Assembly (NCBI RefSeq): GCF_022539665.2
Contig: NC_081331.1
Coordinates: 372,001-436,000 of the forward strand
Source: Daphnia carinata
Lineage: Eukaryota
DNA length: 64,000 nucleotides
Direction of reading: 5' to 3'
The position numbers were made by a program, and so were the translations under genes. Positions 1-10,856 of this stretch are shown here, piece by piece (position 1 is the first letter of the stretch; each line of letters starts with the position of its first letter). The notes under the pieces were generated by a model, which was given only the letters and a program-made list of their open reading frames with translations, ran no database searches and had not been told where the DNA came from.

Positions 1-1456
1 AGCTGGACGTTTTGCGCTATGCTAATAAGATTTCTTCTGCCGCCCACGTTGCCGTGATGAAGGCTATACGTCCAGGCAAGTGTCAAAGTTATTGGACTGT
101 GTGATAACACATTTGAACTCTCAGTTAATTTTCTTTTTTAGGAATGAAGGAGTATCAGTGCGAATCCGTTTTCCTTCATCACGCCTATTTTCAGTATATC
201 TATTTTGAAATTAATCACAATAATGCAAAATAATGTTCAAATAACCATGGAATTGCAACCCGTACAGTGGTGGATGCCGGCATGTCTCGTATACCTGCAT
301 ATGCGGATCCGGGGAAAATGGAAGTATACTTCACTACGGCCATGCCGGAGCCCCAAACGACAAGGCCATTCACGATGGCGACATGTGGTAATTATAATTG
401 CAGGTCGGAGTGAATATTTCATCTGGCCCTGCTTGGTTTTTTGTTTGTAAGCATTTAGCCTCTCCTCAACGAGTTAAATACTTCGCCGTTATAAAGGTTT
501 TTTGTAAAAAAAAAAAACCTAAACTTTTTCCTGTTCTCTTAAAAAGAGTCTTTTTCAAGTTGAAGTGTGCTAATATAATTTTTATTTTGTTAAAGCCTGT
601 TTGATATGGGAGCCGAGTACTACTGTTTTGCTTCTGATATCACCTGCTCATTTCCGGCCAATGGGAAATTTACGAAACGCCAAAAAGGAATTTACAATGC
701 CGTACTGGAAGCGAGTCGGGCTGTAATTGCTGGTATTAAACCGGGTAAGCGCTCAACTAACATTTGTTTATCCAACATGGTAATTTTTGTAAACCAACTT
801 AGGTGTCAGCTGGATTGATATGCATTTGCTGGCCAATAGAGTGATGTTGGTGAATTTGAAGGAGCACGGGCTCTTGCAAGGAGATGTCGATGACATGATG
901 AAGGTACTAACAAAACATAAATGTAAATTTTCAAAAACCAATTGCATATATAAAAGATCTAAGGCAACTAATCCACTCTTTTGCTTATTCAAGGCAAACT
1001 TGGCGGCTACATTTCAACCTCACGGTCTCGGGCATTTTATGGGTCTCGACGTTCATGATGTTGGTGGATATCTGGAGGGCCATCCTGCTCGCCCAGAGAA
1101 AGCTGGCTTAAAAAGTTTACGAACTGCACGGGTTCTTCAGCCAGGAATGGTACTGACTGTTGAACCTGGATGTTATTTCATCGACAAATTGCTGGATCAA
1201 GCATTAGAAGATCCAGAGCTTTCAAAGTTCTTGATTAGAGATGCTATAAACGAACATAGAGGATTTGGTGGAGTTCGCATTGAGGACGATATCGTCGTAA
1301 CCGAAACGGGAGTCGAAGTAATGACTGAAGTCCCAAGAAGGTACATGCTGAATAAATTATTCTTACAGCTGACGGTTAATCTTCAAACATTTTCATCTTT
1401 TTTTGTTTATTTTTTTTTATAGCGTTGAAGAGATCGAGGCTGTGATGTCTGCCTAA
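1..1456 (+). CDS. PEPD: Xaa-Pro dipeptidase (prolidase), 3' exons; gene begins before the window
   Basis: Spliced translation gives M24B peptidase motifs: ..[97 protein letters not shown]. Last exon 1423-1456 encodes [10 protein letters not shown]. Confidence 0.95.
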
Positions 1457-1635
1457 TTCAGTTTCATGTATTTTACTTTTAATTACTTTAAGCAAAGAAT
1501 AATTCTTACTTCATTATTTTTCAACAACTCGTGTCATTAGTATTGTTTTTTGCGGTTATTAAACAGTTTCATCAATACGATTATGGGGTAAATAAAACAC
1601 TAAACAAGCGCTAGTGATTGATTTTTTTATTGGTT

Positions 1636-2395
1636 CTACTTTACAGAACTGAGAAAACTTTGCAAAGAGCTTTTTGTAGAAGAACCTTTGGTGAGCGTTT
1701 TTGATAGGTTCTTTAATTGGCTCCGCGAAAATTGCTGTTTTGTTGAGGCTTTCGTGACTTTACAGGCTTTAACAGCGTTTTTACTAACTTGCTGTTTGTC
1801 ATGTTTTTTGCCAGGGTTAACATGTTGTACAGGAGGCTTATCTTTTTTACAATTTTTGTTTTTCACATGTGCTATTTGAGATGTAGTCTCTTTGACTGGT
1901 TTTGGTTCTCTTGGAGCAAGAGGTGTTGGGAAAGCTGTCGGCTTGAAGCAGCAATTACATCTAATAATCAAATTTGACTTGCGTTCTAAAAAACGGTCAA
2001 GAATGTGTTTGTTGAAACTGTTCATCTTTTTCTGGCTTTTTGATTTTTTTGTAATTTGTTTGATTTTTTCTGCTTTGAAGGTCTTTCTGATTTCTAACTT
2101 ATAGTTGCCTAAACTCCACGGGTTACCACAACTTTGACAAATGTTGGATTTGCTTATTTTTCTAAATTTTATACCAACTTTTGTGTCATTTAGAGCTCGT
2201 TTGCATCTTAACCTATAACAAAATTTAAGAAGTGATTAATTTATCAACAAATTACCTACAAAAAATTGAGCATTACAAGAGGTTTGCTGTTATAGCAGGA
2301 TGGAAGTCAATTGTACTGATAGCAGCCTTCCACAAGAAAACTGAAGCTGAACTTTTCTCCTCCACTGAATTTGTTGTTAGATCCGGCACTGACAT
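1636..2395 (-). CDS. C18orf21/UPF0711 (RMP24)-like Rpp21-type zinc-ribbon protein, 231 aa, 2 exons
   Basis: Exons 2277-2395 and 1636-2212 join in frame across a GT-AG intron. Protein has CQSC and CNCC pairs, a Lys-rich tail, and a C-terminus SQLKNL..LQSFLSSVK resembling the end of vertebrate C18orf21 as I recall it. Confidence 0.65.
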
Positions 2396-2512
2396 AATTA
2401 AAAGTAAATTTTGTTGGTTTATTTCGTTCACCGTTCTTTCGGGACACAAATAACTGACAGCGCCAGAATAAAGTGCGGAGGCGGACTGTGGACTGGATAA
2501 ACTGCGGACTTA

Positions 2513-4344
2513 GGAATAGGAAAAGTCGGGCTTATTTTATAGGGCTTAAAAATTTTTACTAAAAAAAAAATAATATCAATAAATCTAGATAACTATACGT
2601 GATTTAAATTCAAAATTTAGCAAGAATCATAAAAGCGAATTTTGTTTTTACGTAGAGTTTATGGTTTTAGTATTATCTAAAATATTTAAGTAGTTGCGCT
2701 ACAACTACTTTGATTGTGCATAATTAAAAAACTTCATTTGTAACGGCAAAACTAATGCGTCAATTAGAATAAACGTTCGATTTCGAGCCTAATGTGTCAT
2801 TTTTATTGAATTCGGAGAGATGTCGTTTTTTGACGATTTTCGAAAAAATGAGAAGGCTATAGCCTTCCCACTTTTTCAATTTTCATCAAATTCTAGATTT
2901 AGTTTAAAACACATTATTCCGATTCGAAATTGATCGCTGATCACGAAAAGGGAGTTCATTTTGACGTTGGGCTTACAGGTTTTGAATTAACCGTAAAAAA
3001 CAAAAAATTAAGGTGGTACGCTAACAACACTTTTTCCATTATTTAAAAAACGGCTAATTTAAGGACAAAATAAGTTACTGATTCGAAATCAGCGTTCAAT
3101 TTTGATTAAAGCCTGTGATTTTTCGCCGAATTCCAAGAGATGTTGCTTTTTGACGATTTTCGAAAAAATGAGAAGGCTATAGCCTTCCCACTTTTTCAAT
3201 TTTCTTCAAATTCTAAATTTAGTTTAAAACACATTATTCCGATGCGAAATTGATCGCCGATCACGAAAATTGGGTTCATTTTGACGTTGGGCTTACAGGT
3301 TTTGAATTAACCGTAAAAAACAAACAATTTAGATGGTGCGCTAACAGCGCTTTTTCCTTTATTTAAGAAACGGCTGGTTTAAGGACAAAAAAAATAGCTG
3401 ATTCGAAATCAGCGTTGAATTTTCATTATAGCCTGTGATTTTCGTCCAATTCCAAGAGATGTTGCTTTTTGACGATTTTCGTGAAAATGAGAAGGCTATA
3501 GCCTTCCCACTTTTTCGATTTTCGTCAAATTCTAGTTTTAGTTAAAGATACATTATTCCGATGCGAAATTGATCGGTGAACATAAAAATCGGGTTTATTT
3601 TGACATTGGGCTTATAGGTTTTGAATTAACCGTAAAAAAACAAAAAATTAAGGTAGTGCGCTAACAGCATTTTTTCCTTTATTTAAAAAACGGCTGGTTT
3701 AAGGACAAAATAAATAACTGATTTGAAATCAGCGTTCAATTTTGATTATAACCTGTGATTTTCGTCCAATTCTAAGAGATGTTGCTTTTTGACGATTTTT
3801 GTAGAAATGAGAAGGCTATAGCCTTCTCACTTTTTCAATTTTCGTCAAATTCTAAATTTTGTTTAAAATACATTATTCTGATGCAAAATTGATCACTGAT
3901 CACGAAAATCGGGTTTATTTTGCCATTGGTCTTAATAAAATGAAGAAAAACGAAGAAAATGAGGTCGGGAAAAAAAAGTCTGGTTTTTTTTGTAAATACT
4001 GTTAGTTATTGGAATTGATTGAAAAAAAAAAAAAAATTTTGGATAAACCCAAAATTGAATACTGATTCCGATAAATTTGTACTTTTTAAATATAACTAGC
4101 CGTTTTGGAAATACACCAAATGGAAGGGTATGCTAGCGCGCCAGTACGCTACAGCGCTAGCATGACACATCAAAGTCCTTTGATTACTCAAAATCCATAA
4201 GTTCTACGTAAAAACAACGCTTATTTCCGGATCCTCGTTAAATTTGGAATCTAAATCATGTATAGTTATTTAGATTTCTTGATGTTATTTTTTTAAAGGG
4301 AAAATTTTTAAGCCCGACAAAATAAGCCCGACTTTTCATATTCC
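2513..4344. mobile_element. Non-autonomous foldback/MITE-like element with ~160-bp imperfect terminal inverted repeats
   Basis: 2513-2672 (GGAATAGGAAAAGTCGGGCTTATTTT...) matches the reverse complement of ~4184-4344 (...AAAATAAGCCCGACTTTTCATATTCC). No coding capacity. No clear TSD. Confidence 0.7.
2800..3930. repeat. Tandem repeat, ~320-bp unit, about 3.5 copies
   Basis: Anchor GAGAAGGCTATAGCCTT recurs at 2850, 3170, 3489 and 3809 (periods 320, 319, 320), with similar sequence between anchors. Confidence 0.95.
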
Positions 4345-6001
4345 AACTAGCGCGCCAGTATGCTATAGCGCTAGCGTCATATCGCGTATCGCGTATCATA
4401 TATAGTAATCTATATTTAATGATATTATTTTTTTTAAGGAAAAGTCAGGCTTATTGTTTTTATCAGGCTTAAAATTTCTATCGGCCATATATGTATATTG
4501 GTGTGGCGCGCCAGTACGCTACAGCGCTAGCGCGGCACATGAAATTTCCTCGGTTTTCCTTAAATGCTCAATAAATAGCGATAACTATGCATGATTTACA
4601 TTCAAAATGAATTTGAATCATGACAATGAACTTTGTTTTGTCGTGGAGCTTATGGATTTTGGATAATCTAACATATAAAAGTAGGTCCGATTGAAGCCTC
4701 TCATTTTTAAATGAAGTTTGTTTACGTTTAGTTTAAAAACTGTAAGAATAATGGAAAGATAAACTTGATTTCCATTATTTTCGTTCAATTCCGAATCGAA
4801 ATTATGTGTCTTAAACTAAATCCAAAATTTTGCAAATAAATCAATAATTTCTTTACGTGCTTGAGGGCTCTAAGTAATCTATATCAAATTCATATACAAG
4901 ACTTTATTTTCTACCCGGCAACACGTATTTGATACAGAACCTTTGCCTCTACCAGTTAACAGAAGAATATCATTGATCAAATTAAAACTATGGATTTGAC
5001 ATAACACGTATGATTTACATAAACTCTTTCTCTTTTAGCTTTCATATCTCATATGGTTTCCAGTAGTTAAGTTACCCGGGACCGTGTTTCCAAAATAAAC
5101 GCCATCTAGCAAACCACGCCACTCGGCAAACCTAAAATTGGGCTTCATTGCTTCGTCCTCCCTAAAAAAATCGGAAAAAGTGACGCTGCGTTCCGTCGTC
5201 ATGTCAGCGATACTACACCACTTCGTGAGCCGCTGTACGACGGCGTCGGTGGTGTCATCTCATCTAGACAGAATCCCCATCGCGAAACTGCATTGCAATA
5301 AAATGGGAAGTTAAACTAAATCCATAGCACCAGAACTGATGTAACATTTGAGGTACGTTCACACCAAAAGTTCAAGTAGAAAAAAAACAAAACAAACAAA
5401 AACACAATCAGGTCCCCAGCAAAACTCGTTTGTTTTCCGCTCTTTTCTTCGGTGTCAACGTACCAGAGGTATTTGTAGGTCTTCTATCTTCATAAAAATG
5501 ATCTATCAGGTAATGTAAAAAAGAAAAAAGAGCGTAGGAAAACAAGAAGTCATAATGCAAATCGACTTAGTAATATTTCCGAATGAACAATTGATACAAT
5601 GTGATTAGGGTGTATTGGCCTAATGCAAATAGTTTGACTTTTTCGACGAACGTGAGTAAATTCGTAAGTCATGATAGCGCAATAACCGGTTGATTTTCCC
5701 AATCAAACGCAAAGGATTCTCAAAAAATTTCAAACTGCTAGAAAACCAAGTCACTTGTTAACCTTGAGGCAAGCAGGATGACCACTTCGGTCATTTGCCC
5801 CGTGATAAAAATTTCTTTGTCGACTGCTGACTGCCCGAGATAATCAGGTTTATACAGTCTCTGCATTACACGTATACTTATCAGGACACGTTCCCCTCAT
5901 CCTTTCGTTTGTAAATAATGATTCACATTTTTTACTTGCACATATGCCTTTGCACTCGGCTTTGTCTGACAGAACAGGATTTTCCAGCTAGTGCCCACCA
6001 G

Positions 6002-6037
6002 TATAAATGCCTGATATTGGTAGAGAAGTCATTCAGT
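6002..6037 (+). promoter_or_regulatory. TATA box plus arthropod-type initiator for the secreted-protein gene
   Basis: TATAAAT at 6002 and TCATTC (TCAKTY) at 6029, canonical spacing, ~60 nt upstream of the ATG at 6092. Confidence 0.55.
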
Positions 6038-6091
6038 AGACCAGCAGCAAGGAACACTATAACCGTTCTCAACCATCGTCCACGTCAGACA

Positions 6092-6977
6092 ATGAAGCAG
6101 GTAGGACACATCAGTTTTCCCATCTTGGCAATTTCAGTTGTTGTCCATGGTTTTTCATAATTTCATAAACTGTAAGAAAACAAAGTGAAATAGGTAAGAT
6201 AGAACCGAGCAATGTGTTAAGTAACCAATTCAAATGGCAATTTTCTTTTGTTCGTCAGTCTATTGTTTTAGTTTTCTTGGCCATCTCGGTCGTTGCGACT
6301 ACCCAGCCGTCGCCAATGGAAGTGTTCCTTATGGGATACCGTTATGGGTTAGCTGCGTCGAAACAAGCTTTATTTGGTTCGGTCGAATCTGCTATCCCGC
6401 AACCGGTTTCCCGTTCATCCGGGGGCAGCTCCGCGGCTGCAAGACCAGCTTTCCGCTCCATCGACGACAGTGAACTCGAATCAGTGAGAATCATATTTAA
6501 ATACGTTCTTTTCTTTTTACTAATCACGTGTGAACAAAGCAGAGTGACATCCCAATTTTCACCGTGGACGGAAGCTCGGCTAAGAAGTTCCGTCAAATTT
6601 CCGGAGCAGTTCCTTTGAGACGCGAAGAAACGTTGATGTTCCGCAAAACGTTTCCCGAAAACATGTACCCCAATGCGGATTTCGTCTCTTACGGCACCAA
6701 CTGTGACTTCAGCGCGGAGACGCCGTTGTACATCGTCCAAAATGTCACCGACCCCATCAAATGTGGAAGTCATTTCTGCTATGGTGATCGAAGATGCACT
6801 CATTTTGCCCATCATTACAACACGAACCTTTGCCGCATCATCAGCTCGTTCGGCGCTGGATCTACCATGGTTTCCCGAGTCAGTGACATCCAAGCTGGAT
6901 ACATTTGTGGATTCATCCCCAACCGAGCTTGCAATCCCAACTCGTCTCTGCAGAAGTGCATCACGTTGGACGTTTAG
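6092..6977 (+). CDS. Secreted cysteine-rich protein (~222 aa), possibly with a PAN/Apple-like C-terminal domain
   Basis: Exons 6092-6100, 6259-6483 and 6540/6543-6977 are in frame with GT-AG introns. Signal peptide MKQSIVLVFLAISVVA, Ser/Ala-rich linker, then an 8-Cys domain (NCDF..KC..FC..RCTHF..LC..ICG..AC..KC). Confidence 0.7.
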
Positions 6978-9900
6978 AATCCAATGGAATGGCCTGCTAA
7001 AAAAAAATTGGTTTAAATTATTCCACGTATAATACAATTTGGTGAAATGAAATGTGTCATTTTTTAAGCATTTGGGTCATTTTTGCTAACGTTATGTTAC
7101 ACTAGATGCATCGGGCTTTGATTTTCGGACACGGTCAAGGAAACATAAAAGGAAATGCCGGTGGCGGTCATTGAAAACCGAAAATATATTCCATTTTCAG
7201 CACAAACAGAAATCCTTTTGATTTTACTTGTAGTTGACGTTTCGATAGATTCACTGTTAATAATTGGTGTATATTTAAGTGGCAATCAGCTGCCAAAAGT
7301 AAATTGTATGTGCTTAACATTCAAAAGTAACGGGGTAATAATTGGGCTACGACATAAAGCAAGATGTAAACCACCATAAAGAGTCTCTAACGAACCGGCC
7401 AGACTAACCGCAATCTGAAGCGTTGAATGTGATAATCCACGTGTGGACCCACATCACTAGAAACGTAAATATGCAAAATGTTGGCTTCTTAGCATTCAGA
7501 CGAGGTGGACGTTCACGAAAGGTTCCCAAATGAGGAAACTTGAACGATAAAATGCCATTACCTTCTGTCGGTTATAACGGGAAGATACGTTGAAGTAATA
7601 ACGAGGAAGTCTATCTCTCTTTGCAACCTTTTTTTTTTTTTTAAAAAAAAAAATAATTGATTTGGGGTTCATAGTCCTGATATCTTGGATGAAATTCACA
7701 GAAACCTAGCAGTTACTATAGAGTGTGGAAACGTGTTTCTTTTGTTTCTAGCTCCAACTACAGCTTCCCTTTGATAAAAATGTTTTTTTTTTTTCCTTAC
7801 ATTATTATCAGACACTGACCGCGAAATAGTTAGGGGGCGATAGAAAATCATGAAAATAATGCTACAGCTGGTGCCTTTTTTGTCCCAACATGTTTCAATC
7901 ACATGTCATATCTTTTACACGAAACACAAAATTGGATTAACGTTCTTTTACCTCGGTTCGACAGAAGCATCATTTTAACATGGGTTCCATCAAAACAGCG
8001 GGTTATTGTCGACAGTGTGTTTTTTTTAACCTTCTTCCATCACACGAGACAATCATACAGTGCAAGAGCTCGAAAGAATAAACACAATTGGAAAAAAAAA
8101 AGACCACTTCAATGAGAAACTGAACAAACAAATGCAAACGATAAAAAGTGTTGTAGAACTAAGACGAAGGAGTAACAGACGACATCGTCAATCATTGAAA
8201 TGTCTATGTGATAAGTTTGAAAGACTGCTCGAATGGACAAAAGGATAATATGCAATCGCGGAAGGATAAGTTGCCAAAAGTGGATTGCGGGAAACATTGC
8301 CAGAGAAACGAAATAGAATTTAGTGTCAAAGCGTTATACATTGTTGCCATCTTGCACACGCACGCACACCTAATCTACTACTTTGAAGGTGAATTTCAAT
8401 AATGATGAATAAACAAAAACAAAAACAAAAAAAAATATTTGTCAAATTGCCTATTTAGAAAATGTACCGAATGAATATGATATCCAGACGATGCCAAATG
8501 TTTAGAATTGAAACGGAAAAACAAATCAATTGATTAGGACAATAACAGGAATTGAAATTTGTTTGACAGGGAGATGAATCACGTAACCGACATTCGCTCA
8601 CAAGACGGGTCAGATCATCGTTCAATTAAGGGAAGCCGAAAATGGAAAAAGGGGAAACAGATAAATGTTCTAGGAAAAAAAACAAAAAAAAACAAAAACA
8701 AGAAGTCAATCAAAACGTTTTACAGCCACATGTGAAAAATAAATCAAAAAGTTCCAAAAAAATCCAGTCAAGATGCGCAAGAGTGACGTTGACAGGAGAC
8801 CGCAAATCGAGTGAAACTTTCCGGTTGTTTCTTCCATAAAGATGAAGTTTGGTGTGTGGTAATAAACATCCCGTCACGTGTCTGCTAGACAGACGGGCGA
8901 CGGGCTCGGATTCGAATGGGCCAAATTCAATCAATCGCTCAAGACACAAATTTTCTTTTTCTTTTTTTCCTTTTAAAGATTAAATGGCAGTGTAGTGCTG
9001 TGTATACACCAATCCAGGATATAATTCCAACCCCCGCTTTGGTTCAAACCTCACTCTTATATACGGCTAAATGGTGACAATTGAAAACATAATCAAATCA
9101 AAGAAAACAAAGTCTGTTTTCAAACGAGTTATACATCAAACGCACATTCAGATAAATTTGCTACATCGATTTCCTAACACGCTTTTGCTAGATTCTTGGT
9201 TAACTTAGTTATAATGGTAGTAATAGTAAGTTATCATAGTTTTTATATGGGGGGGAGGGGGTGGCTTAATCAAGTCTTTTTGATCCAATCGGACAAAACT
9301 ATGAAAGAAAGAAGCGGCCTGTGATTTTTGTTTTTTTTGTTTTTTTCTTCTTGGTTTTGTTGATAATTTGTCTTTGCGGGTTTCCTCTGTGTAATAAACG
9401 GATATAGTTCCTTGCCAATTTTTGGTTTGTTCCGCTTTTTTCTTTTTTTTTTTCGGCTGGGAATGGGAATTTTTTTAAATCTACGACGTCACAGAAAATG
9501 CAAATGACGGTCGATTGGATGTTGTTTTTCTCCAAAATTTGTATGAATTGCTTGAGATATATAATTTGAATTATGACACGAGGGGATATTTTTCCGATAA
9601 AAAAAACAAACAAACAAACAAAAGGTTAAGGTCAAAATATCGCTTCCTCCTCGTTCCATGGTGGATCTATTCCCACAATACAAGAAGACGTAGCTGCACA
9701 ACCATCAATTTTTTGCTCCTATTTATCTTTTTTAATAATAACAATTGCCTATCGATATGAGAGAGAAAAAAAAAAAAAGCATCAAAAGAAAAAAAAAAAG
9801 GGACAAACGTGGAACCGACAATTTAAAGAGGACGTTTTTTTTTTTTTTAAAGAAATGGATGTTTAATCATTTTAAATGATTTTTCTTTTTGAATATTTGA

Positions 9901-10856
9901 TGATTTGCAAATATCTTGACGTGAAATCATATGGGGGGGATCTGGGAGGGAGAGGGTTAGAGGGACACTAGGTGTGGCAACAGCTAGGCCGAACGTCATC
10001 CAACGATTGAAAGAGAGGCCCGCGTGACAATTGTCTAGGACAGTCTAGCAGGATCATCTTTTTTTCTTTTTTTTTTTTTTTCTCATCTTTCAATATCGAA
10101 ATGACGCACAGATAACATCACAGCAAAGGTTTCTCTCGGCATTCTCGTTTGCTCTATCGCACATTCTCTAATCGACTCGGACTCGCAGTGGCACCCATAA
10201 ACACAAACGAAAAAAAAAAAAAAGCCTGACCTGCCCATCAAGAAAAATAATAAAAATAAACGAAAAATAGAAACGAAAACTCACGCACTCTCATCTTGCC
10301 TGTCAACAACAAACTTATCAAGCCCACGAGAATTTTTTTTGTTTTTTTTTGTTTTTTTTTTTGTTTTTAAGATTTGATTAACACAAACACTGCCCCATCT
10401 ACCAAGCGGCAGTTGTTACTTTTGGGGATGGGTATGAAGGAAAAGAAAATGGAGGATTTTTTGGAGGAAAAAAAATTCTTAACCAAAACGAAAAAAAAAA
10501 AAAAAAAAAAAACTTAAAAAAGAAAAAATAAATAAAACACAGGGTCTGTGTCGTGGAATGGAAGTTCCATACTACGAAGCGAGAAAAGGGGGGGGGGGAT
10601 TTTCTATCATCCATTTTATGAGCCATCCTTTTTTGTTAAGGGCGACGTCCACGACCATTTTCGTTTTCAGTTGATTCATCTGCTGATTCATTAATTTCTT
10701 TTGTCCTTCTTCGATCCTCACAGAAGAAGAGATGGTTTGATGAATAGTTTCAGTTGATCACAAAATCATTTTTTAAAAGTGTGAAGCGAATGGGGAGAGG
10801 GGTAACTGGAGAAAAAGGGGAAAAAAAAAAAAAAATGAAAACCCAGTGATTCGTTC

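Noticed and set aside
4131..4532. Short repeats with unique-looking spacers, CRISPR-like
   Set aside because: Eukaryotic context, spacers of ~130-190 nt that are themselves TIR fragments, and no cas genes.
6342..7037. 231-aa minus-strand ORF
   Set aside because: Antisense shadow of the plus-strand secreted-protein gene, which has promoter, signal peptide and splice support.
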